54,211 bases of DNA from Trueperaceae bacterium (GCA_035703635.1 DASSXV010000015.1:1-54211), one strand, 5' to 3'. Counted from the stretch's first letter, positions 43,505 through 54,133 are shown. Notes: generated from the letters alone by a model not told the origin. Translations and numbers: made by a program.

Positions 43505-44038
43505 TCACTTGCGGACCCGGTTCGCCGGAGACCCGGTACGGACGGGCGTGGTGTTCTCGAAGGTTACGAACGCGGTCGGGTTGATGCGGCCGACGAGCTT
43601 CAGCGCGGCCGGCATCTTGCGTCGTGGGATCACGGAGAACGACACCCTAACGTCGCCGTCGCGGCCACGGGCGTTCAACACGGTCACGAAGAAACCAGCC
43701 ATGCGCAACTCATCCTCGACGGGCGGAGAGTCGACTTGCGTTACCACACGCATGATGGAGTCGCCGATGGCAAGCCAGCGTTCGATGCTCACGCCGAGCA
43801 TGGTGCCGGTCGCGTAACCAGCAGCGTACGCGAGGAACTTGACTGGCGAGTCGAGGTTCGACAGGACCTGAGCGGCAGCGATCAGCCACACGAGCGACTC
43901 GACGAAGCCGAAGAGTCCGGCGAGGCCTCTTTGACCACGCACGAGGAAACCTATCCGCAGCGTGCCGAGCGAAACGTCGACGATGCGGAGCCCGAAGATC
44001 ATGAGGGCCGCCAGCGTCAGGCTAAGGGCTTCGCTCAT
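43505..44038 (-). CDS. DUF2179/DUF5698-like (YebE-like) membrane protein
   Basis: RIVDVSLGTLR, GFVE..VW, YAAGYATG..LG..IE, LR.AGF.VT. Confidence 0.8.
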   Translation of the reverse strand: MSEALSLTLAALMIFGLRIVDVSLGTLRIGFLVRGQRGLAGLFGFVESLVWLIAAAQVLSNLDSPVKFLAYAAGYATGTMLGVSIERWLAIGDSIMRVVTQVDSPPVEDELRMAGFFVTVLNARGRDGDVRVSFSVIPRRKMPAALKLVGRINPTAFVTFENTTPVRTGSPANRVRK

Positions 44039-44934
44039 GCCCGCGCCCCGAGTTCCAAGGCGGCAACGGCGGCAGCGCCGATCACGCCCGCCTCGGCACC
44101 CAACTCCGCGACCCTGAAGTGCGGAACGGGGTAACCCTCGAGGTAATGCTCGGCTGCTCCACGAACCTTGGAGAGGTAGTACTCCCCTGCTTCGGCTATG
44201 CCGCCGCCGATCACGAAACTCTCGGGGTCAATGATCTTGACCAGGTTGGCGAGGCCAACGCCTACGAACAGCGCGCCGTTCTCGACGATGCCGAGCGCCT
44301 TCATCTCGCCAAGGCGCGCGCGCCTGAAAAGCTCGCGGGTGTCCATCTCCACGCCGTAAGCGTAGCTAGCGTCACGGGCCATCGAGCGGCCGGCGGCGAT
44401 GGCCTCGAGGCTGCCAGTGTGCCCGTCTCCGCCCATCGGGCCGCCGAGGAGCATGGTCATGTGCCCAATCTCGCCCGCTAGGCTGTTGGCGCCGCGCACG
44501 ACCTGGTCGCCGATGAAGATGCCGCCGCCTATGCCTGTCGAGATGGTCACGTAGATGGAGGAAACGAACCCGCGCGCCGCGCCGTAGCGGTGCTCGGCGT
44601 AACCGGCCGCGTTGGCGTCGTTCTCGAGCACGACCGGCAACTCGAGCGCTCGCTCGAGTTCGGCGACCAGCGGGGCGTTGTGCATGCCAGCGATGTTGGG
44701 CGCGAAGAGGATCTCCCGGCGCGCCTTGTCCAGCGGGCCGGGCGACCCGATGCCGACACCTGTGACGGTGTGGCCGCGGCCAAGCAACTCTCTTGACGTA
44801 CCGACTAGAGCCGCGACGACGTCCGCGAAACCCGTTTGCGGCGTGTTGACCCTAACGGAGTCGAGGACCTTGCCATCCTCGACGACTGCGGCGAGGATCT
44901 TCGTTCCTCCGAGGTCAAGCCCTAACGTAACCAT
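44035..44934 (-). CDS. ROK-family sugar kinase (glucokinase-like)
   Basis: GLDLGGTK, GIGSPGPL, LENDANAA..AE, STGIGGG, AGEIGH, IGGG. Confidence 0.9.
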   Translation of the reverse strand: MVTLGLDLGGTKILAAVVEDGKVLDSVRVNTPQTGFADVVAALVGTSRELLGRGHTVTGVGIGSPGPLDKARREILFAPNIAGMHNAPLVAELERALELPVVLENDANAAGYAEHRYGAARGFVSSIYVTISTGIGGGIFIGDQVVRGANSLAGEIGHMTMLLGGPMGGDGHTGSLEAIAAGRSMARDASYAYGVEMDTRELFRRARLGEMKALGIVENGALFVGVGLANLVKIIDPESFVIGGGIAEAGEYYLSKVRGAAEHYLEGYPVPHFRVAELGAEAGVIGAAAVAALELGARA

Positions 44935-46119
44935 TCAGTTCTCCTCGTCGACGCGGCCTGCCAGTGCAGCCAGCGTGGCGTTAGCGATCATGAGTTCCTC
45001 GTCCGTCTTGACTACCAAGACGGCTACCTGGGCCCCGGCAGGCGAGATGACCTCAGCTGCGCGCGCGTTGCGCTCCGCGTCCACAGCGATGCCCATGAAG
45101 CCGAGCCCCTCCAGGCTAGCCTCCCGCGCCCAAGCCGAGTTCTCACCGATGCCGCCGGTGAACACGACGGCGTCCAGCCCGCCCATGGCGGCGGCGTAAG
45201 CACCGACCGTCTTGCGCACGCGGTACGCGAAGACGTCAAGTGCGGCCGCCGCACCAGATGAGCCGGCGGCAGCGGCGGCGGTAACGTCGCGCAGGTCGTT
45301 GGAGACGCCGGACATGCCTTTGAGACCCGCGCCCTTGTTGAGGAGGGCGTCGACCTCATCAACGCTCATCCCTCCGCGCAGCAGGTGCAGGACGACCCCC
45401 GGGTCGACGTCACCGCTGCGGGTGCCCATCAGGAGGCCCTCCATCGGCGTGAAGCCCATGGTCGTGTCGATCGACACGCCGCGGTCGACGGCGGCGGCGC
45501 TCGCACCGTTGCCGAGGTGAAGGGTGACGAGCTTGAGCGCCTCGCGGCGGCTGCCCATGATCTCGGCGGCGCGGCGCGACACGTAATCGTGGCTGGGACC
45601 GTGAAAGCCGTAACGCCGCACGCCGCCTTCCGTGGCGTACTCGAGCGGTAAACCGTAGAGGTAGGCGCGCCGTGGCAGGTTGGCGTGAAACGCCGTGTCG
45701 AACACGGCAACGTGCTTCACGGCCGGCATGGCGCGGAGCGCGGCCCTCAACGCGGCCAAGTTGCCTGGGTTGTGAAGTGGGGCGAGCGCCGCTAGTTGCT
45801 CGATCCCCGCCTCGACCAGCGGCGTTACGACGGTGGCGCGTACGAACAAGGTACCGCCGTGCACGACGCGGTGACCGACAGCGCTTGGCGCGAAGCCAGG
45901 CACGTGCTTCTCGAAGGCCGCTAGCGCGAAGTCGAACGCCTGATCGTGGCGCTCGAGGCGCGGGCGCTCGAGGAGCGTGAACGACGCCTTCGCCGTGCTT
46001 GGCCCACCGATGCGTTCGACGAGCAAGGACTCACCTGACGGCAAGAGCTTCATCTTGAGGCTCGAGCTCCCGGCGTTCACGACCAGCACCTGATCACCGG
46101 CGACAGGCGAGGGCTTCAC
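44935..46119 (-). CDS. ackA: acetate kinase
   Basis: VVNAGSSSLK, GHRVVHGG, LAPLHNP, FDTAFH, RRYGFHG, HLGNGAS, FTGGIGEN, TDEE. Confidence 0.96.
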   Translation of the reverse strand: MKPSPVAGDQVLVVNAGSSSLKMKLLPSGESLLVERIGGPSTAKASFTLLERPRLERHDQAFDFALAAFEKHVPGFAPSAVGHRVVHGGTLFVRATVVTPLVEAGIEQLAALAPLHNPGNLAALRAALRAMPAVKHVAVFDTAFHANLPRRAYLYGLPLEYATEGGVRRYGFHGPSHDYVSRRAAEIMGSRREALKLVTLHLGNGASAAAVDRGVSIDTTMGFTPMEGLLMGTRSGDVDPGVVLHLLRGGMSVDEVDALLNKGAGLKGMSGVSNDLRDVTAAAAAGSSGAAAALDVFAYRVRKTVGAYAAAMGGLDAVVFTGGIGENSAWAREASLEGLGFMGIAVDAERNARAAEVISPAGAQVAVLVVKTDEELMIANATLAALAGRVDEEN

Positions 46120-46838
46120 GCGGCGCCCCTCACGTAAGGTGCATCTCCGAGGTCGGCAATGAGGCGCGGGCGAAACTGCAACGCGTCGGCCGCCACGAAG
46201 TGGACGGCGACGCCGTCCAAGCGCTTGAGGATGCCGTCTGGCTGGTCACCGTGAACGTGACCGAACAGGAGCGCGTCCGGGTGAGCCGCCTCGATGAGGC
46301 GAGTAAGTTCGTTCGCTTCGAGCCGCGAATTAGTTGGAGGGAAGTGCAACATGACCACCCGGTAACGCCCTTCTAGTTTGGCTGCATGCGTCAACGACAG
46401 CCGCAGCCTCTCGACCTCGCGCTCATAGATCTTGGCATCGACGTCACTGAACGCGTGGGCTCCAGGGCAGACCCAACCGCGCGTGCCAGCGATGACCACC
46501 CCATCGACCTCGACGGCGTCGTTCTGCAGCGCCCACATTCCGGGGGGTAGGGCGGCGCGCAGGCGGCTGATCGACGGCCACCAGTAGTCGTGGTTGCCGC
46601 GCAGGAGAACTTTCTTGCCCGGCAGTGCAGCGATGTCCTCGAGGTCGAGGAGTGCCTCGTCGAGGCGCATCGCCCAGGAGATGTCGCCCGGTATCAGCAC
46701 CAGGTCGTCAGCCGTCACGGTCTCACGCCAGCCGTCGAAGAACACCTGAGGGTGACCCGCCCAGCCGGGGCCGAACACGTCCATCGGTTTGGCCTGAGCG
46801 CGAGATAGGTGAGGGTCGGCAATCGCGAACAGGCGCAT
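46116..46838 (-). CDS. calcineurin-like metallophosphoesterase
   Basis: DPH, GDISWA, GNHDYWW, LHFPP, FGHVH. Confidence 0.9.
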   Translation of the reverse strand: MRLFAIADPHLSRAQAKPMDVFGPGWAGHPQVFFDGWRETVTADDLVLIPGDISWAMRLDEALLDLEDIAALPGKKVLLRGNHDYWWPSISRLRAALPPGMWALQNDAVEVDGVVIAGTRGWVCPGAHAFSDVDAKIYEREVERLRLSLTHAAKLEGRYRVVMLHFPPTNSRLEANELTRLIEAAHPDALLFGHVHGDQPDGILKRLDGVAVHFVAADALQFRPRLIADLGDAPYVRGAA

Positions 46839-46845
46839 CGATCGC

Positions 46846-47352
46846 TCAGTCTACCCGTGACCGCCGCGCGCTGTTCGTCACCTTGGCTAGCGCGTCAGCA
46901 GCGCGCCGGCCGCTCAACGGGTTACGCCACTCAGGCGCCACGTCCAGTAACGGCGCGAGAACGAACGCCCGCTCCTCGATGCGTGGGTGCGGCAGCCGCG
47001 GCGTCCCGATCAGGCGCACTTGCCCTGCAACGTCAAGCAGGTCGAGATCGATGCGCCGCGCGCCCCAGCGCTCCTTCCGCACGCGCCCAAGGCGCTCCTC
47101 GATGGCGAGGAGCTCATCGAGCAGGAGCGCCTCGCGCCCTAGCCAGGCTGTGGCGGCGAGGGCCACGACCGCGTTGACGTAAGGCGGCTGACCGGGCGGT
47201 CCGCCCAACGCAGCGCTCTCGTAGAAGTGCGAGCGGGACACCACCGGCGCAAGCAACTCTAGCTGGGCGACGGCAGCGCGCAGTTGCACGGCGGGGTCTC
47301 CCAAGTTGGCGCCCAATGCAACGAACGCCAGCGGCATCGCTGCGGTCGTCAC
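46846..47352 (-). CDS. folK: 2-amino-4-hydroxy-6-hydroxymethyldihydropteridine diphosphokinase
   Basis: ALGANLGD, YVNAV, IE..LGR.R..RWG.R.IDLDLL, PHPR..ERAFVL.PL. Confidence 0.95.
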   Translation of the reverse strand: MTTAAMPLAFVALGANLGDPAVQLRAAVAQLELLAPVVSRSHFYESAALGGPPGQPPYVNAVVALAATAWLGREALLLDELLAIEERLGRVRKERWGARRIDLDLLDVAGQVRLIGTPRLPHPRIEERAFVLAPLLDVAPEWRNPLSGRRAADALAKVTNSARRSRVD

Positions 47353-47762
47353 ACCGGCTGGCCGGAAGGCCGGTGCGGGGCGCCGCGTTCTCTCGTAACT
47401 TCCACGTAGACGTCGCGGAAGACGCCTGGTAGTGGTGCATGCGGCTTGTGCACCCGCACGCGAACGGCGTCCACGCGGTCCTCCTCCGCGAGGACGAGCT
47501 CGACGATGCGGCTCGCGAGCGCCTCGATGAGCCGGTAGCGTTGACCGGTAACCGCGCTCTCGACGAGCCGGTAGACCTTGCCGTAGTCGACAGTCTCCTT
47601 GATGGAGTCTGCGGCCGTGAGGGCGAGCGTCAACTCGACGTCGACCACGAAGCGAGCGCCTAGCCTGCCTTCCTCCTCGTAAACGCCGTGGTAGCCGAAG
47701 AACTCCAGCCCACTTAGGACGATCTTGTCGTGGCCACGCGCGTGCGTTAGGTGCTCGCTCAT
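47349..47762 (-). CDS. folB: dihydroneopterin aldolase
   Basis: FFGYHGV..EE..LG.RFVVD, TVDY, LIEALA, KPHAP. Confidence 0.95.
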   Translation of the reverse strand: MSEHLTHARGHDKIVLSGLEFFGYHGVYEEEGRLGARFVVDVELTLALTAADSIKETVDYGKVYRLVESAVTGQRYRLIEALASRIVELVLAEEDRVDAVRVRVHKPHAPLPGVFRDVYVEVTRERGAPHRPSGQPV

Positions 47763-48616
47763 TCCCCGGTCTCCAAGTTCTCGCTGTCGATGGCGCCCCA
47801 TACCGCCAACGCCTGAGCGTGCGCAGCTACGTCATGCACTCGCAAGAGCGCGGCCCCGCTTGCCGCCGCCCACAGGTGAGCAGCCAACGTGCCAGGTAGC
47901 CGGGCACGCGGGTCAGCCTCCCCGCTCAACCGGCCGAGGAAGCCCTTGCGCGACGCACCGACCATGACGGGGTAGCCGAGGCTCGCGAAGCGCTTGGTGG
48001 CTCGCAATAGCGCCAGGTTGTGCTGCACGTCCTTGCCGAACCCTATACCGGGGTCGAGCACCACGCCGCGCACGCCCGCTGCTGCCGCCACTCGCGCCTG
48101 CCGCAGGAGGAACTCCTCCACTTCGGCTACGACGTCGGTGTAACTGGGCGCGTCCTGCATGGTGCTTGGCTCGCCCTGCATGTGCATGATTATCGCCGCT
48201 GCGCCTGCAGCCGCGCACGCTGCCCGCATGCCAGCGTCCCGCAGTCCACCTACGTCGTTGATGAGCGCGGCGCCAGACTCGAGGGCAGCGGCGGCCACCG
48301 CCTGCTTGCGCGTGTCCACGCTCACCACTACTCCGGCGGCGGCTAGCGCCTCGACGACGCCGAGTACGCGCCGTAGTTCCTCACCCTCGGCAACCGGCTC
48401 GGCGCCCGGCCGCGTCGACTCGCCGCCCACGTCGATCATGATGGCGCCCTCGTCGCGCAGACGTAAGCCGGCGCTTACGGCCTGCTCAGTGGTCCAGAAA
48501 CCGCCAGCACCGGAGAAGCTATCGGGGGTGACGTTGACGATGCCGACCAGGCCAGGCGCGCGCCACTCCAGGCGACCGCTTGGCAGGTCTAGCGCGTGAA
48601 CTCCGCCAAAGGTCAC
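47759..48616 (-). CDS. folP: dihydropteroate synthase
   Basis: [45 protein letters not shown] overlapping the wecB stop. Confidence 0.95.
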   Translation of the reverse strand: MTFGGVHALDLPSGRLEWRAPGLVGIVNVTPDSFSGAGGFWTTEQAVSAGLRLRDEGAIMIDVGGESTRPGAEPVAEGEELRRVLGVVEALAAAGVVVSVDTRKQAVAAAALESGAALINDVGGLRDAGMRAACAAAGAAAIIMHMQGEPSTMQDAPSYTDVVAEVEEFLLRQARVAAAAGVRGVVLDPGIGFGKDVQHNLALLRATKRFASLGYPVMVGASRKGFLGRLSGEADPRARLPGTLAAHLWAAASGAALLRVHDVAAHAQALAVWGAIDSENLETGE

Positions 48617-49794
48617 GGCGCCTGCGCGGCGGGCAGGTAGTTCCAGTCGCTCGGCCTGGCGGCCAATCCGAAGCGCCACGCTACGGCCTGCGCGACGCGC
48701 TCGGCAGCGCGGCCGTCTCCGTACGGGTTCGGTCGGGAGCGCATGTGCCGAAGTGCGTCAGGGTCGGCCAGTAGGGCAAGTAGGGCTGTGCGCACCTCCG
48801 CCGGCTCGTTACCGAGGAGCCTGAGCACCCCGGCTTCGACCCCTTCCGGACGCTCAGTGACGTTGCGCAGCACGGCGACTGGCACGCCAAGGGCCGCGCC
48901 CTCCTCCTGCAGTCCGCCAGAGTCTGTGATCACGAGCTCGGACTGCGCCAGCAGCGCCAGCATGCTTAGGTAGTCGTACGGCTCGTCGAGCACGACGTTG
49001 CTTACGTTCGTGAGGACCGGCGTGACGGCGTCCCTGACAGCCGGGTTGAGGTGCACTGGGTAGACGAACGTGAGGTGAGGGTTGGCTCGCGCCACGGCAG
49101 CCAACGCCTCAGCGAGGTCGCGCATGACGGGCAAGTTCTCGCGGCGGTGCATGGTCACCGTCACGAACGGGCCCGCGCCAAGGTGCGCAGGGAGCACGGC
49201 CAACTGGCGCATGTGCTGGACGGCGTCGACGGCGGTGTTCCCCGTGACGATCATGCCGTCAGCGGCCTTGCCCTCGGCAAGCAGGTGACGCTTGGCCAGT
49301 AAGGTAGGCGGCAGGTCGAGGTCCGTAATGACGTCGGTAAGGCGGCGGTTCGCTTCCTCTGGGAACGGCTGCGTAAGGTCGAACGAGCGCAGGCCCGCCT
49401 CGACGTGCGCGACTGGCACGCCCCCTAAGTACGCGGCGAGGGCAACGGCGAAAGTGGTGGTCGTATCGCCGTGAACGAGCACGTAATCGGCTGCCAGTTC
49501 CGTCAGGGCCGTAGCGGCCGCTGGCACGATGCGCCCGACGAGGTCGGCGAGGGACTGGCGGTCCGTCATGACGTTGAGGTTGGAGTCGGGTACCAGCCCG
49601 AACGCGGCGAGCGCCGCGGCTAGCTGCTCGCGGTGCTGGCCCGTTACGAGGGTGACGGCCTCGAGTTCCGGATTGGCCATGAGCGCCGTGAGGACCGGAG
49701 CCATCTTGATGGCTTCCGGTCGCGTTCCGAACGCCACCACCACGCGCGGACGCGCCCCGGTGGTGCTAAGCGTGCGGAGTCTGGCGTGCGTCAC
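48613..49794 (-). CDS. wecB: UDP-N-acetylglucosamine 2-epimerase (non-hydrolysing)
   Basis: [57 protein letters not shown]. Confidence 0.96.
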   Translation of the reverse strand: MTHARLRTLSTTGARPRVVVAFGTRPEAIKMAPVLTALMANPELEAVTLVTGQHREQLAAALAAFGLVPDSNLNVMTDRQSLADLVGRIVPAAATALTELAADYVLVHGDTTTTFAVALAAYLGGVPVAHVEAGLRSFDLTQPFPEEANRRLTDVITDLDLPPTLLAKRHLLAEGKAADGMIVTGNTAVDAVQHMRQLAVLPAHLGAGPFVTVTMHRRENLPVMRDLAEALAAVARANPHLTFVYPVHLNPAVRDAVTPVLTNVSNVVLDEPYDYLSMLALLAQSELVITDSGGLQEEGAALGVPVAVLRNVTERPEGVEAGVLRLLGNEPAEVRTALLALLADPDALRHMRSRPNPYGDGRAAERVAQAVAWRFGLAARPSDWNYLPAAQAP

Positions 49795-50891
49795 GTCGGT
49801 TGGCCGGCGTGCCTAACCTCGGCGAGGCGCAGTAGCGACACGGCCGCGATGGCGACTATCGTCCCCACGAGAGTCAGCAGGGTGAGCACTGGCGGCGTCC
49901 GTGAAAGGAGCATGCCGACGACCCCCAGCACGAGCGTAGCGGCCCACAAGAGGATGACGGTGAGGCGCTTCGAGCCCGAGCGGACCCTGATGAGGTCGTG
50001 GATGTGGTCGTTCGAGGCGAGCGTGGGCGACGACCCGCGCCGCAGCCGCCGCAGCGTCACTTGCGTGATGTTCACGACTGGCAGGGCCAGGACCAAGATG
50101 GGCGCGACGACCGAGATGGCGGCTGTGACCTTGAGCGCCCCGAGGACGCTGACGGCGGCGAGCACGTAGCCGAGTAGGTAGGCGCCGGAGTCGCCCATGA
50201 TTATCGTCGCCGGACCGAAGTTATAGCGCAGGAACCCAAGCGCGGAGCCGGCGAGAGCCGCCAGCAGGAGCACGGCAGCGCCGCGGTCGTCGAACTGCAG
50301 CGCTACGGCGAGCAAGCTCATGCTCGAGATGGCCGCGATGCCGGACGACAGACCATCGAGCCCATCGATGAAGTTGAACGCGTTCGTGAACCCGACCACC
50401 CAAAGGATGGTCACGATGACGGTGAGCGTCTCGGGGATGAACACGAAGCTGCCCGACCCGAAGTAGTCGGTGACGAAGCCGATACGCACGCCGTTGACGA
50501 CGAGGATGCCGGCCGCCACCACCTGCGTTGCGAGCCGTAGCGCGGGCGGCACCTCCCACATGTCGTCGATGAAACCGACGAGCGTCATGAGCGACCCGCC
50601 GAGGAGAATGGCTAGCAGTTCGACGCGGTACTCGTTTATGAGTTGCGAACCGACGAGGCTGCCTGCCAGCACGGCGAGGAGGAAGCCTCCAAGGATGGCG
50701 ATGCCGCCGATGTTAGGGATGGTGCCCGCATGCTGCCGCACGCCGCCGCCGTGCGCGCCGCCTCCCGCCTGCACGGCGCCGATCCGCGCAGCGAAGTCGC
50801 GCACGCGTGGCACCAGCCACAGCACCGCCGCCAAGGCGACGAAGAAGGAAACGGCTGCCAGCGGTAAGAAGCTAAGGAGGGTCACGCGCAC
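49791..50891 (-). CDS. WecA/TagO-like polyprenyl-phosphate GlcNAc-1-P transferase (MraY family)
   Basis: [33 protein letters not shown]. Confidence 0.92.
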   Translation of the reverse strand: MRVTLLSFLPLAAVSFFVALAAVLWLVPRVRDFAARIGAVQAGGGAHGGGVRQHAGTIPNIGGIAILGGFLLAVLAGSLVGSQLINEYRVELLAILLGGSLMTLVGFIDDMWEVPPALRLATQVVAAGILVVNGVRIGFVTDYFGSGSFVFIPETLTVIVTILWVVGFTNAFNFIDGLDGLSSGIAAISSMSLLAVALQFDDRGAAVLLLAALAGSALGFLRYNFGPATIIMGDSGAYLLGYVLAAVSVLGALKVTAAISVVAPILVLALPVVNITQVTLRRLRRGSSPTLASNDHIHDLIRVRSGSKRLTVILLWAATLVLGVVGMLLSRTPPVLTLLTLVGTIVAIAAVSLLRLAEVRHAGQPT

Positions 50892-50973
50892 GTCCCCCAG
50901 TCTACCTACGCTGGTAAGGCGCTCATGAGCCCCGGTTACGCGGCGCGTGAGACGGTAACGGTGCCGTCACGCG

Positions 50974-51600
50974 TTAGCGCGTTCCGTAGAGCCTGTCGCC
51001 CGCGTCGCCGAGGCCAGGCACGATGTAACCGTGGTCGTTGAGGCGCTCGTCGAGGGCCGCGATGATGATGTCGACGTCGGGGTGGGCTGTCTCGACGGTC
51101 TTGACGCCCTCAGGAGCCGCGATTATGCACAGCAGCCTGATGCGGGTGGCGCCAACGTCCTTGAGGAGCTGGATGGCGGCCGCTGCGCTGCCCCCCGTCG
51201 CGAGCATCGGGTCGAGCACGAACACGTCGCGTTCGCCAACGTCACTCGGGAGCTTCGAGTAGTACTGCACTGGCATGAGGGTGTCTGGATCGCGGTAGAG
51301 GCCGATATGACCGACTCGCGCCGTAGGCATGAGGCTGAGGATGCCGTCCACCATAACGAGCCCGGCCCGAAGGATGCCGATGAGGGCGAGCTTCTTGCCC
51401 GCCAGACGCTTGACCCTAGCTAGCGCAACTGGCGTCTCGACGGTGGCGTCCTCCAACTCGAGGTCGCGCATGGCGTCGAAGGCCATCAGCATCGTAAGTT
51501 CCTGGCACAGCGCCCTGAACTCGCGCACGCTGGTCTCCTTGTCGCGCAAGATGGAGAGCTTGTGTTGGACAAGCGGGTGATCGACTACCGATACGGCCAC
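50974..51600 (-). CDS. upp: uracil phosphoribosyltransferase
   Basis: [47 protein letters not shown]. Confidence 0.97.
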   Translation of the reverse strand: MAVSVVDHPLVQHKLSILRDKETSVREFRALCQELTMLMAFDAMRDLELEDATVETPVALARVKRLAGKKLALIGILRAGLVMVDGILSLMPTARVGHIGLYRDPDTLMPVQYYSKLPSDVGERDVFVLDPMLATGGSAAAAIQLLKDVGATRIRLLCIIAAPEGVKTVETAHPDVDIIIAALDERLNDHGYIVPGLGDAGDRLYGTR

Positions 51601-51660
51601 GGTGACTTCCTTCCCTATCCTTGAGTTGAGCGCGAGGCCGCCGCCCCGCGAACGTGGCAT

Positions 51661-51692
51661 GAAAAGAGGGCCGCCACATGTGACGGCCCTCC
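51661..51692 (-). terminator. intrinsic terminator after tRNA-Ser
   Basis: Minus strand GAGGGCCGTCAC-AT-GTGGCGGCCCTC-TTTTC. Confidence 0.8.
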
Positions 51693-51694
51693 GT

Positions 51695-51785
<91 letters not shown>

Positions 51786-52102
51786 GGAAGCGCGCGGGAG
51801 CGGCCACCTTCGCCCGCTCACCCAAGCTTGCGAAGTATACCGCAACCGCTAGCCGCTGCGTGAGGTGCCTTCGCCGCTATTCCTGCATGGGATGCCTCAC
51901 TGTTCATGGAGACGGTTGGTAGGCGTGATGGCGGAGTTGCTGGAGCGTAGCGATTGGCCGCCTTGCTAGCAGTTGCACTCGCATGGCGGCCATGCGCCCG
52001 AATACTCGTTAGCGCGACACGCGTCCATAACGTGCTTCACGCCGAGCAGATCGCAACCCGCCTCGGTCCCCGCCGCCATCTCCCATCCCTTGTTATCCGA
52101 GA

Positions 52103-53245
52103 TCACTCAGGTAACCAGAACCAGTATGGGTCCACCCAGTAGAGGTGGAACCTGCCTGTGAGATCTGACTGGGCGAAAGTGTTCATATCCGTATAGTGGC
52201 CGGGATCATCACCGAACATGTAGTAGTGGCCGTTGAAGTTGATACTTGCACCGGCACTGTTGCCACGGAAGGTGATCAACTGGTCGGGGACTGGAACAGC
52301 TGGAAGAGTGATCTCATGAGCGCCCAGCACGAGGTAGAACGCGTCCTCGGTGCCGATAGTGAAGTCGGTGCGGATAACCTGCTTATGCGTACTGCCAGCG
52401 GGTCCCTGGGGTCCTACGGGACCAGCGTTGCCCTGGGGACCGGCTGGCCCAGTGGCGCCATCGACCCCCGCCGGTCCACGCTCGCCTCGATCACCGGTGT
52501 CGCCCTTTGGTCCTGTTTCGCCTTGGATCCCCTGATTACCCTGAAGGCCTTGCGGTCCTTGCATGCCGTCCGCGCCGGTTTCGCCCCGCTCACCCTGTAC
52601 ACCTTGAACGCCTTGCGGGCCGACCAGGTCGACATAAGTGAACGCAGCGTCACCCTCGAGGCGCACACCAAGCTCGGTGCCGTTCCACTCGAACTCGAGG
52701 TTGCTACCATCAGCGCCGCTCGGGCCGGCCTCGCCGGCCTCACCGGCCTCACCAGCTGGCCCCGCCGCCCCGGCCGCGCCCTGCGGCCCGGCCAGGTCCA
52801 CGAACGTGAAAGCGTCATCGCCCACCGCGCGTACGCCCAGCCGCGTGCCGTCCCACTCGTACTCAAGACCCGGACCAGCCTCACCCTGAACCCCAGCCGG
52901 ACCCAGCAGCTCCTGGTACACGAACTCCCCCACACCCTCTCGCCGCACACCCAAGCGAGAGCCGTCCCAGGCGAACTCCAAACTCACGCCGTCCAACTCA
53001 CCACTACTCGCTAAGCCCCGCAACTGCTCGACTAACTCCGCTAACTCCGCTAAGTCCTCACTCGTCAGATCGCTCGCCCCCAAAGCGTTCTTGATGTGAT
53101 CCAGCAGCAGCTGGAAGTTGGCGTTCATCTCATCAGCCTTGATCGCCGTGCCGGCCTTGAAGACGAACAACTCAGGCGCCGTCTGCGCCACGACACCAGG
53201 CGCCAACGACCACAAGGCAGCCAGAATGATCAAGATTCGTTTCAC
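52103..53245 (-). CDS. secreted collagen-like protein with internal repeats (tail-fibre-like modules)
   Basis: Signal peptide KRILIILAALWSLAPGVVAQ, Gly-X-Y tracts, three LE(F/Y).W(D/N)G..LGVR repeats; start at GTG 53245 or 53251. Confidence 0.85.
   Translation of the reverse strand: MKRILIILAALWSLAPGVVAQTAPELFVFKAGTAIKADEMNANFQLLLDHIKNALGASDLTSEDLAELAELVEQLRGLASSGELDGVSLEFAWDGSRLGVRREGVGEFVYQELLGPAGVQGEAGPGLEYEWDGTRLGVRAVGDDAFTFVDLAGPQGAAGAAGPAGEAGEAGEAGPSGADGSNLEFEWNGTELGVRLEGDAAFTYVDLVGPQGVQGVQGERGETGADGMQGPQGLQGNQGIQGETGPKGDTGDRGERGPAGVDGATGPAGPQGNAGPVGPQGPAGSTHKQVIRTDFTIGTEDAFYLVLGAHEITLPAVPVPDQLITFRGNSAGASINFNGHYYMFGDDPGHYTDMNTFAQSDLTGRFHLYWVDPYWFWLPE
52615..52981 (-). repeat. three ~30-aa repeat modules separated by collagen triplets
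   Basis: LEFAWDGSRLGVRREGVGEFVYQELLGPAG / LEYEWDGTRLGVRAVGDDAFTFVDLAGPQG / LEFEWNGTELGVRLEGDAAFTYVDLVGPQG. Confidence 0.9.
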
Positions 53246-53387
53246 GTTCACTCCCACAACGCAGTGTTCCAGACGCTAGCGTCCCACTGACTGGGCGCAG
53301 GTCTGACAAGAGGATTAGCTTCAGGACTCTGACAAGCCGCGAGCAGCAAACCCACGGCCATCAGCACGACAAGCATGCGTGCGCGCC

Positions 53388-53753
53388 TCACCGCAGCACC
53401 AGCGCCCATACGCCCGCCTGCCCACCAGGACAGGCAGTGGGCGTGAACGCACCCGTGAGACTATCCCCCACCAGCGCGCCCTCAAAATCGTAAGAGCAGT
53501 CCGAGCTAGGCCTCAAGTCCGCGATGATGACCTCACCACTAATGACCCCACTGAACACGCCAACGGCGTTCAGGACGCGGTACTCGCCAGTTAGGCGCTC
53601 TCCCCTACGCTCGAAACTAAGCGCGAGAGGCAGTTCAACGCCCGAAGAAGTAGTAATACCCTCGAAAGAGTAAGCGGGCGGCGGCTCCTGACAGGCTGAG
53701 AGCAGCACCGCCATGCCCGCCACCACGATGAAAATGCGGACTATTCGTTTCAA
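53388..53753 (-). CDS. small beta-rich lipoprotein of unknown function
   Basis: KRIVRIFIVVAGMAVLLSAC lipobox, two further Cys; TTG 53753 (or GTG 53759) after GGAG. Confidence 0.8.
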   Translation of the reverse strand: MKRIVRIFIVVAGMAVLLSACQEPPPAYSFEGITTSSGVELPLALSFERRGERLTGEYRVLNAVGVFSGVISGEVIIADLRPSSDCSYDFEGALVGDSLTGAFTPTACPGGQAGVWALVLR

Positions 53754-54077
53754 GTTCACTCCGTGACGCGGTCGGGGATTGCCCAAGGTCGGGGGTCCGC
53801 GTCTGATACGCAACGCGGGGCGCCCACCGCCAACCAAGCATCCCGTTCGTTCCGAACATCCTCCCGAGGATTCTGCCCGACCACCTCTCACGAGACTGTT
53901 ACTTTTCGTGCGGCGCACCCAACGTGAGGCTGTTGACGTACGGAACGACCTCGAACGCTTCAGCGACTGAGGTCTTCCTATCTCCCCAAATTTCCCCTGG
54001 CACCCCTGGAACCCCAACCCGTAGGATCACGCCAGGAACCTCGGAACGTCTCAACTAGGCTGAACCCATTCAATCCC

Positions 54078-54107
54078 TTGACGCGCACTGCTAGGGTTTC
54101 ATACACT
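54078..54107 (+). promoter_or_regulatory. promoter of tRNA-Gln
   Basis: TTGACG-18 nt-TACACT. Confidence 0.65.
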
Positions 54108-54133
54108 CCCAGATGCGCCTTGGGCAGCCGTGG

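Noticed and set aside
51850-52100. 250-nt gap between the tRNA-Ser promoter and the collagen gene with small ORFs and an imperfect hairpin
   Set aside because: No RBS-supported ORF or recognisable RNA motif
52103-52330. Diversity-generating retroelement target at the collagen protein C-terminus
   Set aside because: No template repeat or reverse transcriptase in the window
53302-53336. TCTGACAAG direct repeat, with TCTGACA also near 41301 and 42780
   Set aside because: Too short; a few copies are expected by chance in 54 kb
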